NCBI GenBank assembly: GCA_902567495.1
Contig: CACFMO010000005.1
Coordinates: 1,932 to 65,931, forward strand
Direction: 5' to 3'
Source: an uncultured Pelagibacteraceae bacterium
Lineage (GTDB): Bacteria > Pseudomonadota > Alphaproteobacteria > Pelagibacterales > Pelagibacteraceae
DNA length: 64,000 bases
Both the position numbers and the translations under genes were made by a program. The notes under the pieces are model-generated. The model saw nothing but the letters and a program-made list of their open reading frames with translations. It was not told where the DNA came from and did not search any database. Of this stretch, positions 34,050 to 43,246 are shown piece by piece (position 1 is the stretch's first letter; each line of letters opens with the position of its first letter).

Positions 34050-34926
34050 CTATTAGCACTAATGAAGCACCAAAATAATGAAAACTTTGGAGCTGTTCAC
34101 CAAAAAAAATTATTCCATAAATCGCCGCATAAATAGTATAGAGATAAAGAGTAAAGCCAGTGAGAGATGCACCTAGATATTTTTGAACCTTTGCATACAA
34201 AGTAAAGGCAATTACACCGGGAGAAATTGCTCCAAATAAAACCCAGAATGTAAAGTAAATATCAAAGTTGGTCTGACTGATAAAAATTTCTTCCATTATA
34301 TAAAACGGTAATAGGGATAATGCTCCGAAAAAAGAAATAAGAGTAAATCTAATAAAAAAATTAAATTTAAATTTCCAATGAATTAGATATACAGAGTACA
34401 AAGCCCACCCTAATGCAGCTCCTAGCATCCATATATCACCAGCTGTAAATTTCGTGTTTATTAAAAAATTAATATTTCCCTTACATATAATCGCTAAAAC
34501 TCCAATTATACAAATCACAAGACCAAAAATTTGTTTTGATTTTATTAACTCCTTAAGAATAAAAGTGGAGAGTAAAATTATAAAAACTGGTGAAGATGTA
34601 TATATTATGCCCATGTTTGCCATAGTAGTTGTTTGACCAGCAATAAAAGGGAATGCACCACAAATTCCACAACCCATTAAACCTAAAAAAAATAACTTTG
34701 TAAACTCTGGCTGAATTTTTTTAAAATTTTTAAGTATTGGTTTATAAAAAAAAGGAATTAATAGAAGGAAAGTAACTACCCATCTCCAGAATGCAAGGGA
34801 TATAGGGGGAACAAACTCAACTCCACCTCTAGCAATAATTAAGTTACTAGACATAAAAATTGGTTGTAAAAATAACAAAAAATATGGAAAAATTTTACTA
34901 TTACTTATTTTTGATGAAGGCTTCAT
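34024..34926 (-). CDS. EamA/DMT-superfamily transporter
   Basis: 300 aa with about 10 TM helices arranged as two EamA-like halves. Typical RhaT/EamA composition. Confidence 0.8.
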   Translation of the reverse strand: MKPSSKISNSKIFPYFLLFLQPIFMSSNLIIARGGVEFVPPISLAFWRWVVTFLLLIPFFYKPILKNFKKIQPEFTKLFFLGLMGCGICGAFPFIAGQTTTMANMGIIYTSSPVFIILLSTFILKELIKSKQIFGLVICIIGVLAIICKGNINFLINTKFTAGDIWMLGAALGWALYSVYLIHWKFKFNFFIRFTLISFFGALSLLPFYIMEEIFISQTNFDIYFTFWVLFGAISPGVIAFTLYAKVQKYLGASLTGFTLYLYTIYAAIYGIIFFGEQLQSFHYFGASLVLIGVYFAKKT

Positions 34927-35080
34927 AAATCATCATAAAAATTACCAAGCCCATAAGAATGTAAACTGGAAGAACGTCAGTAAAACTAATCATCATTGAT
35001 CTAGTCAATGTAGTTGCTAACCCTACTAAAAAGGCTATTGCAAGAGAGCACCCAACTATACTTGTTAATTTATTCATCAT
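34901..35080 (-). CDS. Unannotated 59-aa two-TM mini-protein (hypothetical)
   Basis: Hand translation gives MMNKLTSIVGCSLAIAFLVGLATTLTRSMMISFTDVLPVYILMGLVIFMMIYEAFIKNK. It fills an otherwise anomalous 143-bp gap between the amidase and the EamA gene, and overlaps both neighbours as is usual here. It is one codon below the ORF-track cutoff. Confidence 0.35.
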   Translation of the reverse strand: MMNKLTSIVGCSLAIAFLVGLATTLTRSMMISFTDVLPVYILMGLVIFMMIYEAFIKNK

Positions 35081-36404
35081 CCCTACACTTTTTTTCTAAC
35101 CAATTTGCAACACCCAGAAATCTTAAATCATCAAGTTTGTTACCAACCAATTGAACACCTAATGGTAAGTTATTTTCGCCAGTAAGTAAAGGTAGTGATA
35201 TAGATGGCAAACCCATGTAAGTCCAGACTGTGCAGAACTCTGGACTACCAGTAAATTTTAATCCTTTGTCAGCCACACCTGTGGATGCGGGCGTAATTAC
35301 TCCATGATAATCCTCGAAAACTTCACTATACGATCTATAGCTCTGTTCCATAAAATCTTTAGCTTCAGTGTACTGGCTTGCAGAATATTTCATCCCACGT
35401 TCAATTGCTTCAATTAATTTTTTCCCAAGTTTGTTTTTTGAATTTTTGTAGTATTTTTGAAAACTATTTGCCATGTCAGTCTCATGTAAAACCTGCTGAT
35501 GTTTGTGTATATCTTTAAAATAGGATGGCTCATCAAACACTTCTATATGTTTTTTTAATTTTTTTATTAAGAATTGAAATGCTTTTTGAGAATCTTTATC
35601 GATATTTTTCCAATTTGAAGTTTTGTAAAATATGAATTTAGGGTCAAAATGAGGACCTTTCTTACATTCTTCTAACATTCTTTCAGCTGAATAATGGACT
35701 GTATCTTTATCGTATAAATCTTTTTTTATGAGACATTTAGTTAATAGAGCAACGTCTTCTACATTCTTTCCAAAAACTCCAACATGATCAAGTTTCGATG
35801 ACTGTTTTAAAACTCCATTTCTCGATATTAAACCAAAGGAAGGTTTATAACCCACGACTCCGCAGTAAGAAGCAGGTCGAATAATTGAGCCTTTAGTTTG
35901 AGTTCCTACAGACAAAGGAGCCATATGAGCTGCAACTACAGCTGCCGACCCACTTGAGGATCCACCTGGTGTTCTAGTTTTATCATGTGGGTTTGTTGTT
36001 TTTCCTGGATCAAAGTAAGCAAGTTCAGTTGTAACTGTTTTACCCATAATTATTGCTCCTGAAATTTTTAATAAGTTTACTACCTCAGCATCTGCACTCT
36101 CTGAAATACCTTTTCGAAGTACCGTTCCACATTCCGTTGGCATATCTTGTGTTCCAATAATATCTTTTATTCCAATTGGCAGTCCATGGAGTGGTCCAAG
36201 TGGTTTACCTGATTTTCTATACTCATCTTTTTCTTCGGCTTTTTCTAAAAGAAGTTTTTTATCAAAGTAAGCCCACGCTTTTACATCTTTTTCAAATTTA
36301 TCAATTCTACCAATATATTCTTTGCAAGCATCGACACATGAAATCTCACCACTTTTTAACTTTTCAGCTAATTCAATAGCTGTTACTGAAAGAATTTTGC
36401 TCAT
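35070..36404 (-). CDS. Amidase-signature (AS) family amidase
   Basis: Signature GGSSSGSAAVVAA with the upstream catalytic-Lys context PIGIKDIIG. 444 aa. Confidence 0.88.
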   Translation of the reverse strand: MSKILSVTAIELAEKLKSGEISCVDACKEYIGRIDKFEKDVKAWAYFDKKLLLEKAEEKDEYRKSGKPLGPLHGLPIGIKDIIGTQDMPTECGTVLRKGISESADAEVVNLLKISGAIIMGKTVTTELAYFDPGKTTNPHDKTRTPGGSSSGSAAVVAAHMAPLSVGTQTKGSIIRPASYCGVVGYKPSFGLISRNGVLKQSSKLDHVGVFGKNVEDVALLTKCLIKKDLYDKDTVHYSAERMLEECKKGPHFDPKFIFYKTSNWKNIDKDSQKAFQFLIKKLKKHIEVFDEPSYFKDIHKHQQVLHETDMANSFQKYYKNSKNKLGKKLIEAIERGMKYSASQYTEAKDFMEQSYRSYSEVFEDYHGVITPASTGVADKGLKFTGSPEFCTVWTYMGLPSISLPLLTGENNLPLGVQLVGNKLDDLRFLGVANWLEKKCRDDE

Positions 36405-36413
36405 AATTTAAAT

Positions 36414-37775
36414 TTAATTTGCAAAAAGTAAGTCGGGCAACCAAAGTGCAATACCAGGAAACATATACATCAAAAACATCGCGAAGATAACAATCAACAA
36501 AAATGGCATAATACCACTAAAAATTTCTAGTAGTTCTACATTTTTAGTTTGTACACCTTTTAGATAATATGCGGACATGGCCATGGGTGGTGTTAAGAAC
36601 GAAGTTTGGAGATTTAATGCTATAAGCATTGCAAAAAAGTATGGATTTACTCCAAAGAATTCTACTAGTGGTAAAAATATTGGTACGAATATAATTAATA
36701 TCTCAGTCCACTCCAAAGGCCATCCCAAAAGAAAGATAATTATTTGAGTAATGATTAAAAATTGCCAAGGTTGTAAGTTCATAGATTTAAAAAAGTGTTC
36801 AAATACTTCGTGACCGCCCAAATAAGAGAAGACAGATGCAAAAGTCCACGAACCTATAAACAACCACATAATCATTGCCGTAGTTTTTGCTGTTAGAAAA
36901 ACTGACTCTTTAAAATTTTTCCATTTTAAGGTTTTATAAAAATAAGATAGCACTAAAGCACCAAACGCTCCTACGGCTGCTGCCTCAGCTGGGGTTGCGA
37001 GACCTCCTAGAATAGTCCCCAGCACTAATATTATTAATGAAAACAATGGTAGAAATGAAACCAAAACCTCTTTTAAAATCACCGAACGAGGTGGAATATC
37101 TTCAGCGGGTGGTTTGGGAGCAATTGAAGGATTTAGGTATGCTCTTGTAACAGCATATAAAATATATAATCCAGCAAGCATTATTCCTGGTAAGATTGCA
37201 GCTGCAAATAATCTTAAGGGTGATAACTGGGCAATAACTGAGTAAACTATAAGCATGATACTTGGAGGAATTAAAATTCCAAGGCAACCACCAGAACAAA
37301 TAACTCCAGATGCAAATTTTTTGTCATAGCCTGCTTTGATCATTGCTGGCCATGCCAAAAGTCCCATTAATGTTACTACAGCTCCTATAATTCCAGTCGC
37401 TGTAGAAAATAAAGCACAGGTTATTAATGCTGCAACAGCCATAGATGCGGGCAATCCATGAGACGCTAATCGAATAGCAAAGAATAATCTTGAAACAATT
37501 CCTGCTCTTTCCACTAGATATCCCATAAATAAGAACAGAGGTACCGCGGTAAGAACTGTGTTGTCCATAACAGTATAAGTGTTTTGAACAAACAATTGAA
37601 AAATTCTATTGTCTAATAAATGTTCCATTCTAGTTGGATCATAATAAGCGTAATAACCAAATCCTACGCCCATAGCCATCAGTGTGAATGCAATCGGAAA
37701 TCCTAGGAGCACAGCAAAAAGAAATATTGCCATCATTAGAATTGCTATTTCTGGATTTGTTAAACTAAATAACAT
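36414..37775 (-). CDS. dctM: TRAP transporter large permease (DctM family)
   Basis: 453 aa, about 12 or more TM helices, typical DctM N-terminus and length. Overlaps the small-permease gene by 11 nt. Confidence 0.9.
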   Translation of the reverse strand: MLFSLTNPEIAILMMAIFLFAVLLGFPIAFTLMAMGVGFGYYAYYDPTRMEHLLDNRIFQLFVQNTYTVMDNTVLTAVPLFLFMGYLVERAGIVSRLFFAIRLASHGLPASMAVAALITCALFSTATGIIGAVVTLMGLLAWPAMIKAGYDKKFASGVICSGGCLGILIPPSIMLIVYSVIAQLSPLRLFAAAILPGIMLAGLYILYAVTRAYLNPSIAPKPPAEDIPPRSVILKEVLVSFLPLFSLIILVLGTILGGLATPAEAAAVGAFGALVLSYFYKTLKWKNFKESVFLTAKTTAMIMWLFIGSWTFASVFSYLGGHEVFEHFFKSMNLQPWQFLIITQIIIFLLGWPLEWTEILIIFVPIFLPLVEFFGVNPYFFAMLIALNLQTSFLTPPMAMSAYYLKGVQTKNVELLEIFSGIMPFLLIVIFAMFLMYMFPGIALWLPDLLFAN

Positions 37776-38349
37776 CTTTTTGATCCTCGTCTTGTGAAGT
37801 TCTCATCAATATTTTTTCTGTTTCCTCTGCAACAACCATTCTTGCAGGCCAGTGGCCTGTTTGTATACAAATAATTGATCTAAATACTTCACTAATTCCC
37901 TGTACAATTAATAAAATACCCGCAGCAGGGATTAAAGACTTCGCCATATAAATTTGAATTTGTGCTGGACTATTCCAACTAGTTTCTTTTATTTTCCAAG
38001 CAAGAGCTGCGTATTCATATCCATAAAATGCCAAAGCAAATACACCTGGAAAGAAAAAGATGAAATATAAAACTAAATCAATGTAACCTTGTGTTTTAGG
38101 TTTAAATAATCTGTAAAGTACGTCGCCTCTTACATGGGCTTCTGTAGATAAAGTATATGCGCCTGCCATCATAAATATTGCGCCATACATTTGTAAACTA
38201 AAATCAAAATTCCATAATGTTGGTGCATTAAAGGCATACGCCATTACAACTTCATAGCAGGTTCCTCCCATTAAAATAACTATGCACCATGAAAAAGCCT
38301 TACCAATTGATGTGCTAAGATGATCTGCAAAAATTATAAATTTCCTCAT
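37765..38349 (-). CDS. dctQ: TRAP transporter small permease (DctQ family, long FcbT2-like form)
   Basis: 194 aa with 4 TM helices, lying between the SBP and DctM genes. Confidence 0.82.
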   Translation of the reverse strand: MRKFIIFADHLSTSIGKAFSWCIVILMGGTCYEVVMAYAFNAPTLWNFDFSLQMYGAIFMMAGAYTLSTEAHVRGDVLYRLFKPKTQGYIDLVLYFIFFFPGVFALAFYGYEYAALAWKIKETSWNSPAQIQIYMAKSLIPAAGILLIVQGISEVFRSIICIQTGHWPARMVVAEETEKILMRTSQDEDQKDVI

Positions 38350-38387
38350 GATTATTGATGTTATTCCAATTAAATTTGAATTTCCAT

Positions 38388-38414
38388 AAAAAAAGGGGGC
38401 TATAAAAAGCCCCC
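38388..38414 (-). terminator. Intrinsic terminator/attenuator hairpin between dctP and dctQM
   Basis: On the minus strand, a GGGGGCT / AGCCCCC 7-bp GC stem (38395-38401 / 38408-38414) with a 6-nt loop is followed by a 7-nt U-run (38388-38394). It is the only clean GC hairpin plus U-tract I found in the window. Confidence 0.6.
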
Positions 38415-38433
38415 TTTAATTTTTATATAGCTA

Positions 38434-39591
38434 CTAAATTTTAACTTTAGCTATAGCACCAAACTCATTTTCGTAAGCCAATTTGTAATTTGGCTGATTC
38501 ATGAGTAAGTACTTCATTACTCTTTTAGCATAAGCTTTTTGTGAAGCTACAATTTTCGCAAAGAATGCATCTTTTTTAACAAAGTCTCCTATAACTTTAT
38601 CCCATCCTTTTAATTGTTGAGCCAAGATTTCATCTGAAGTTTGATAAACGTTAACTTTATGTTGGTTCATCAATTTAGATAAGTCAGCTGAGTATCTTAC
38701 TAATGCTTTAAAGTAGTTGTCTGTATTCGCAGCGGCCGCAGCATTTTTTAGAATAGCCTGATGTTGTGGGCTTAATCCATTAAATGTTTTTGTGTTCACA
38801 GGAATTTCAAACATCTCTTGAGATTGGTGGAAGCTACCTAAGTGGTAATGCTTAGATACGTCTTGCATACCAAACTGTGAGTCTGATGTTGGGTTGTTAA
38901 ACTCCGCAGCTTCGATCAAACCAGTTTTCATTGCTGGCTGAATTTCACCACCTGGAAGTTGTCTTACAACCATTCCCATAGCTGTTAATACGTTAGTCGC
39001 TAGACCAACTGTTCTATATTTCATACCTTTAACATCAGACACTTTGGTTACGTTCTTTTTGAACCAACCAAATGGCTGTGCCGGCATTGGCATATGAAAA
39101 AGACCAACATAGTTGAAGCCAACTTTAGAAAGAGTTTCTTCGTAAAGTTTTCTTCCTCCACCGTACTCAATCCATCCCATAACTTCTTGAGATGACATTC
39201 CGTACGAAGGTCCTGTTCCAAACAATGATGCTGCTGGATTTTTTCCGTACCAGTATGCAGTTACCCAGTGTCCCATATCAAGAACTCCTGAACTTACCGC
39301 TTGACCGATTTCAGATGTTTTAACAACAGCTCCAACTGGTTGAAGATCAATCTTCAATTCACCATTTGACATGTCGCCTACCATTTTTGCAAAGTCGCCA
39401 GCCATTTCGAAGAATATATTAGCTCCAGAAGGCCAAGCTGCTTGCATCTTTAAAGTTTTAGGAGCACCAAATGCTACATTCGGCATTGCTATAGTTGCTG
39501 CCGCTGCTGCACCAGTTGCTGCTGCTGCTTTAAAGAACTTACGTCTAGAAGGAGTTTTAACTCTCTTCAGCGTTTTTTCTTTTTTTGACAT
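38434..39591 (-). CDS. dctP: TRAP transporter periplasmic substrate-binding protein (DctP-type, FcbT1/COG4663-like) with twin-arginine signal
   Basis: 385 aa. N-terminus PSRRKFFKAAAATGAAAAATIAMPNVAFGA is a Tat-type signal. Overall similarity, as I recall it, is to the mannitol/chloroaromatic-type TRAP SBP family. A strong SD (AAGGGAG) lies 5 nt upstream. Confidence 0.88.
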   Translation of the reverse strand: MSKKEKTLKRVKTPSRRKFFKAAAATGAAAAATIAMPNVAFGAPKTLKMQAAWPSGANIFFEMAGDFAKMVGDMSNGELKIDLQPVGAVVKTSEIGQAVSSGVLDMGHWVTAYWYGKNPAASLFGTGPSYGMSSQEVMGWIEYGGGRKLYEETLSKVGFNYVGLFHMPMPAQPFGWFKKNVTKVSDVKGMKYRTVGLATNVLTAMGMVVRQLPGGEIQPAMKTGLIEAAEFNNPTSDSQFGMQDVSKHYHLGSFHQSQEMFEIPVNTKTFNGLSPQHQAILKNAAAAANTDNYFKALVRYSADLSKLMNQHKVNVYQTSDEILAQQLKGWDKVIGDFVKKDAFFAKIVASQKAYAKRVMKYLLMNQPNYKLAYENEFGAIAKVKI

Positions 39592-39698
39592 ATTTGTCTC
39601 CCTTAGTTAATTAACTAGTCGAATTATTTAAGCACAAATAGATTTGAGAGTCTCGATCAGAATCAATAAAGTTTTTCCAGATTCAATTATAGATTGTG

Positions 39699-40652
39699 CT
39701 AATTAACTTTATTTTTAGCCGATCCTGTTTTGAAAAATTCATCAATGTTATCAATTGCGAGGTCTGCCATGGCAGTTCTTGTTTTTTTAGTCGCGCTACC
39801 AAGATGTGGTAATATAAATGCAGTGGGTTGTTTTAAATATTCTGGATGAATTTTTGGCTCGCCTTTATAAACATCTAATCCTATAGCGTAAATTTTACGA
39901 CTTACCAAAGCTTGAACCATAGCTTCATCATCTATCATATCTCCTCTTGCAACATTTGTTATAATTGCACCGGTTGGAAAATATTCTAAGGTTTCTTTAT
40001 TAATTATGTCTTTAGTTTCTTTTGTGGCTGGACAACAAATTGATAATACATCTGAAACAGAGAATAGACTTTTTATATTTTCGTGAAAAATTGCGCCCAT
40101 TTCTTTGTCATTACTTAATTTAGTTCTATTTCTATAATGTATTTCCATTCCAAAGCTTTTTGCTATTTTTGCTAAAGCTCTTCCAATTCTACCCATACCT
40201 AGAATACCAAGTCTTGATCCTGTGAGTTGCTTACCAATTAAAAAATCTGCTGACCATTTCCAATTTTCTTTTTTAACCCAATCCATTCCCTCGCTTGCTC
40301 TTCTACACGCACCAAGAATTAATAACATAGCAATTTCTGCAGTAGCATCGGTTAAAACATCAGGTGTATTTGTAACTATTATATTTCTTTTTTTTGCTGC
40401 CTCGATATCGATATTTCCAAAACCAACAGCAAAATTAGATATTATCTTTACTGTTTCAGGAAGTTTCTCAATAGTTTCTTTATCTATTTTATCTGTAAGC
40501 GATGACAGAATACCATCACAGCCTTTTGATAATTCAATTAGTTTTTTTTGAGAATATAATTCATCATTTGAGTTAAAATGTGGATTAAATAATTTAGATG
40601 CTTTATCCTCGCAAGATCTCAATAATTTTCTAGTTACAAGGACTTTTTTCAT
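39699..40652 (-). CDS. D-isomer-specific 2-hydroxyacid dehydrogenase (glyoxylate/hydroxypyruvate reductase-like)
   Basis: NAD fold GILGMGRIGRALA, then ARGDMIDDEA and the catalytic-His context PHLGSAT. Confidence 0.9.
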   Translation of the reverse strand: MKKVLVTRKLLRSCEDKASKLFNPHFNSNDELYSQKKLIELSKGCDGILSSLTDKIDKETIEKLPETVKIISNFAVGFGNIDIEAAKKRNIIVTNTPDVLTDATAEIAMLLILGACRRASEGMDWVKKENWKWSADFLIGKQLTGSRLGILGMGRIGRALAKIAKSFGMEIHYRNRTKLSNDKEMGAIFHENIKSLFSVSDVLSICCPATKETKDIINKETLEYFPTGAIITNVARGDMIDDEAMVQALVSRKIYAIGLDVYKGEPKIHPEYLKQPTAFILPHLGSATKKTRTAMADLAIDNIDEFFKTGSAKNKVN

Positions 40653-40659
40653 TTTGATT

Positions 40660-42033
40660 TTAATTCAAATCGAAAATTTTACCTGGGTTCATTATATTGT
40701 TTGGATCAAGAGTTCTTTTTATAGATTTCATAATTGGAATGTTGTCTCCATGTTCTTTTATAAGATATTCTTTTTTATGAAGCCCTATTCCATGTTCTCC
40801 AGTGATTGTTCCATTTAAATCCAAAGTTTTTTTAATTAATAAATCACTAAATTCCCTAATTCTTTTATATGTTTCTTTTTTTTGGGGATCATAAGGTAAA
40901 ACAACATGAAAATTTCCGTCACCTAAATGACCAACCATTGGAGCTCTAAGACCAAATTTTTTTGTAACGTCTTCTGCATATTTTACGCATTCAACTATTT
41001 TAGAAATTGGAAGACATACATCTGTGGAATAAACTCTTCCATTTTTAATTAATGCTTTTACAGAATAATATATATCCCAACGAGCTTGCCATAATTTATT
41101 TCTTTCTTCTAAATCTTTTGCCCACTTAAAAGCACTTCCTTTATTCTCTTTAGATATTTCTTCAACTACTTGAATATTTTCTTTATTAGAGGACTCTGAT
41201 CCATGAAATTCAAAAAATAATGTAGGTAAACTTTTCATGTCTTTTAACTTTGAATAATTAATACTTATATCCATTTGTTCCTTGTTGAGCATTTCAATTC
41301 GAGCTATAGGTACACCATATTGAATAACTTGTTGTGCTGCTTGGACTGCGTCTTCTAAAGATGGAAAATGACATACTGCACTCATTATACTTTCTGGGAT
41401 AGGGGAGAGTCTTAATTGTATTTCTGTAATTATTCCAAGTGTTCCCTCTGAACCAATAAATAAATTAGTCAGATTATAACCGGCAGAAGTTTTTTTTGTT
41501 CTACTTCCAGTTTTTATAATATCACCATTAGGAAGAACTACAGTAAGACCAGTTATTACAGTCTTCATAGTTCCATATTTTACAGCCATAGTTCCTGATG
41601 CTGATGTTGATGCCATGCCACCTATTGCTGCATTTGCTCCAGGATCTATTGGAAAAAAAACTCCATCCTCTCTTAAATAGTCATTCAGTTGTTCTTTAGT
41701 GACACATGCTTGCACTCTACAATCAAAATCTTCCACGTTCACGCTTAAGACCTTATTCATTTTTTCCAAGGATATCGTTATTCCTTTATCATTACCTACA
41801 ACGTTACCCTCCAAAGATGTTCCGGTCCCAAATGGAACTACAGGAACTTTGTGATCATTACAAAGTTTAAGAATTTTGGAAACTTCCTCGTTAGTTTCTG
41901 GAAAGACTACTGCTTTTGACAATACTGGATCGTATGTATCCTCACCTCTAGCATAGTTTGTTCTTGTAGAAACTGAGGTGGAAAATCTACCGTTAAAAAT
42001 TTTTTTTAATTCTGATTGAATTTGTTCGTTCAT
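40660..42033 (-). CDS. FAD-linked oxidase (D-lactate dehydrogenase / GlcD-like)
   Basis: FAD_binding_4-type VVPFGTGTSLEGN and the C-terminal GTITGEHGIGLHKKEY typical of the Dld/GlcD family. Confidence 0.88.
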   Translation of the reverse strand: MNEQIQSELKKIFNGRFSTSVSTRTNYARGEDTYDPVLSKAVVFPETNEEVSKILKLCNDHKVPVVPFGTGTSLEGNVVGNDKGITISLEKMNKVLSVNVEDFDCRVQACVTKEQLNDYLREDGVFFPIDPGANAAIGGMASTSASGTMAVKYGTMKTVITGLTVVLPNGDIIKTGSRTKKTSAGYNLTNLFIGSEGTLGIITEIQLRLSPIPESIMSAVCHFPSLEDAVQAAQQVIQYGVPIARIEMLNKEQMDISINYSKLKDMKSLPTLFFEFHGSESSNKENIQVVEEISKENKGSAFKWAKDLEERNKLWQARWDIYYSVKALIKNGRVYSTDVCLPISKIVECVKYAEDVTKKFGLRAPMVGHLGDGNFHVVLPYDPQKKETYKRIREFSDLLIKKTLDLNGTITGEHGIGLHKKEYLIKEHGDNIPIMKSIKRTLDPNNIMNPGKIFDLN

Positions 42034-42080
42034 TTTTTTTCTATAATGTTATTAAATTAAATAGAAAAAATATACCTTAA

Positions 42081-43244
42081 TTAACCAAGCATCTTTTTGA
42101 TTTTTTCTAAGGCTTGTGAGATATTATCGCTAGAAGCTGCAAAACTAAATCTAACATAATCTTTAGCTGTTTTCCCAAATGCTGTTCCTGGAACGATGGC
42201 TACACCTGCCTCATGCATACATTTTTTGGCAAATTCAGCACCATTCATTCCTGTTCCTATGACTTTAGGAAAAGCATAAAATGCTCCTCCAGGTAGACTA
42301 CATTCTACTCCTGGTAAATTATTTAAACCTTCGTGAATAAGTTTTCTTCTTATTGTAAATTTTCTCATCATTTCATTTATAGAATCATCTGGACCATCTA
42401 GGGCAGCAATACCTGCAAACTGAGCAGCTGCATTTACACACGAAACACTATTTATTACTAATTTATTTACATGTTCTACAAGATTTTTCGGCCAAAAACT
42501 CCAACCCAATCTCCATCCCGTCATTGAATAAGCTTTGCTCCAACCTTCAAGAACTATCAATCTTTCTCTTAATTCTGGATAATTAAAAAAAGTAGGCATT
42601 TCTTTCCCGTCAAAGATTTGTCTACTATAAATTTCATCACTTAAAATTGTCACATGAGGATATTTTTTTAATCCCTCTGCTAAAACGTCGATATCTGATT
42701 TATCAACAAAACTGCCAGTTGGATTATTTGGATTAATTAAAATTAATAATTTTGTTTTTTCAGTAATTAAGGATAAAATTTCCTCAGGATTAAATTTTAA
42801 ATCTTTATCTTTGGTTAAATCGTATGGAACTGCTTTAGCTCCAGTAAAATTGATCATGGACTCATAGATTGGAAACGCGGGTGTTGGGTGAATTATTTCT
42901 ACACCCGGTTCACCAAAACATTGAATTGCATAACTCATTGTAGGTTTTCCGCCTGGCATAATAATTATTCTTTCGGGATCAATGTCTTGATTGTAAAGTT
43001 TTTTAATTTTTCTTGTGACTGATTGCCTGCATTCAAGAATTCCATTTGATAAAACATAGCCATGATGACCATCGTCCAAAGCTTTTTTTGCAGCATCAAC
43101 AATATGCTTTGGAGTTTTAAAATCTGGTTGACCTAATCCTAGATGTATCATTGGTTTACCTTTGGCTTCTAATTTTTTTGCTTCAGCAAGAACGCTAAAA
43201 GCTGTCTCTGTTCCTAACCTATCTAAACTTTTTGCAAGTTTCAT
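42081..43244 (-). CDS. Class I/II PLP-dependent aminotransferase (aspartate/aromatic type)
   Basis: INPNNPTG, PLP-Lys context SKAYSMTGWRLGW, and C-terminal RFSFA. Confidence 0.9.
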   Translation of the reverse strand: MKLAKSLDRLGTETAFSVLAEAKKLEAKGKPMIHLGLGQPDFKTPKHIVDAAKKALDDGHHGYVLSNGILECRQSVTRKIKKLYNQDIDPERIIIMPGGKPTMSYAIQCFGEPGVEIIHPTPAFPIYESMINFTGAKAVPYDLTKDKDLKFNPEEILSLITEKTKLLILINPNNPTGSFVDKSDIDVLAEGLKKYPHVTILSDEIYSRQIFDGKEMPTFFNYPELRERLIVLEGWSKAYSMTGWRLGWSFWPKNLVEHVNKLVINSVSCVNAAAQFAGIAALDGPDDSINEMMRKFTIRRKLIHEGLNNLPGVECSLPGGAFYAFPKVIGTGMNGAEFAKKCMHEAGVAIVPGTAFGKTAKDYVRFSFAASSDNISQALEKIKKMLG

Positions 43245-43246
43245 AA

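Noticed and set aside
37102-37299. Same-strand alternative-frame ORFs inside dctM (37102-37299), the LldD-like copy B (43978-44226), the BI-1 gene (51977-52216), the AKR (53089-53304, antisense) and dapF (31589-31810, antisense).
   Set aside because: They are embedded in well-supported coding frames, have no independent motif support, and show Cys/Trp/Tyr-rich out-of-frame composition.
39641-39698. GCACAA ... TTGTGC 6-bp inverted repeat, an ATAGATT direct repeat and a GAGAGTCTC palindrome upstream of dctP, as regulator binding sites.
   Set aside because: The repeats are short and could occur by chance. No adjacent regulator gene supports an operator model. I could not identify convincing -35/-10 hexamers with proper spacing either.
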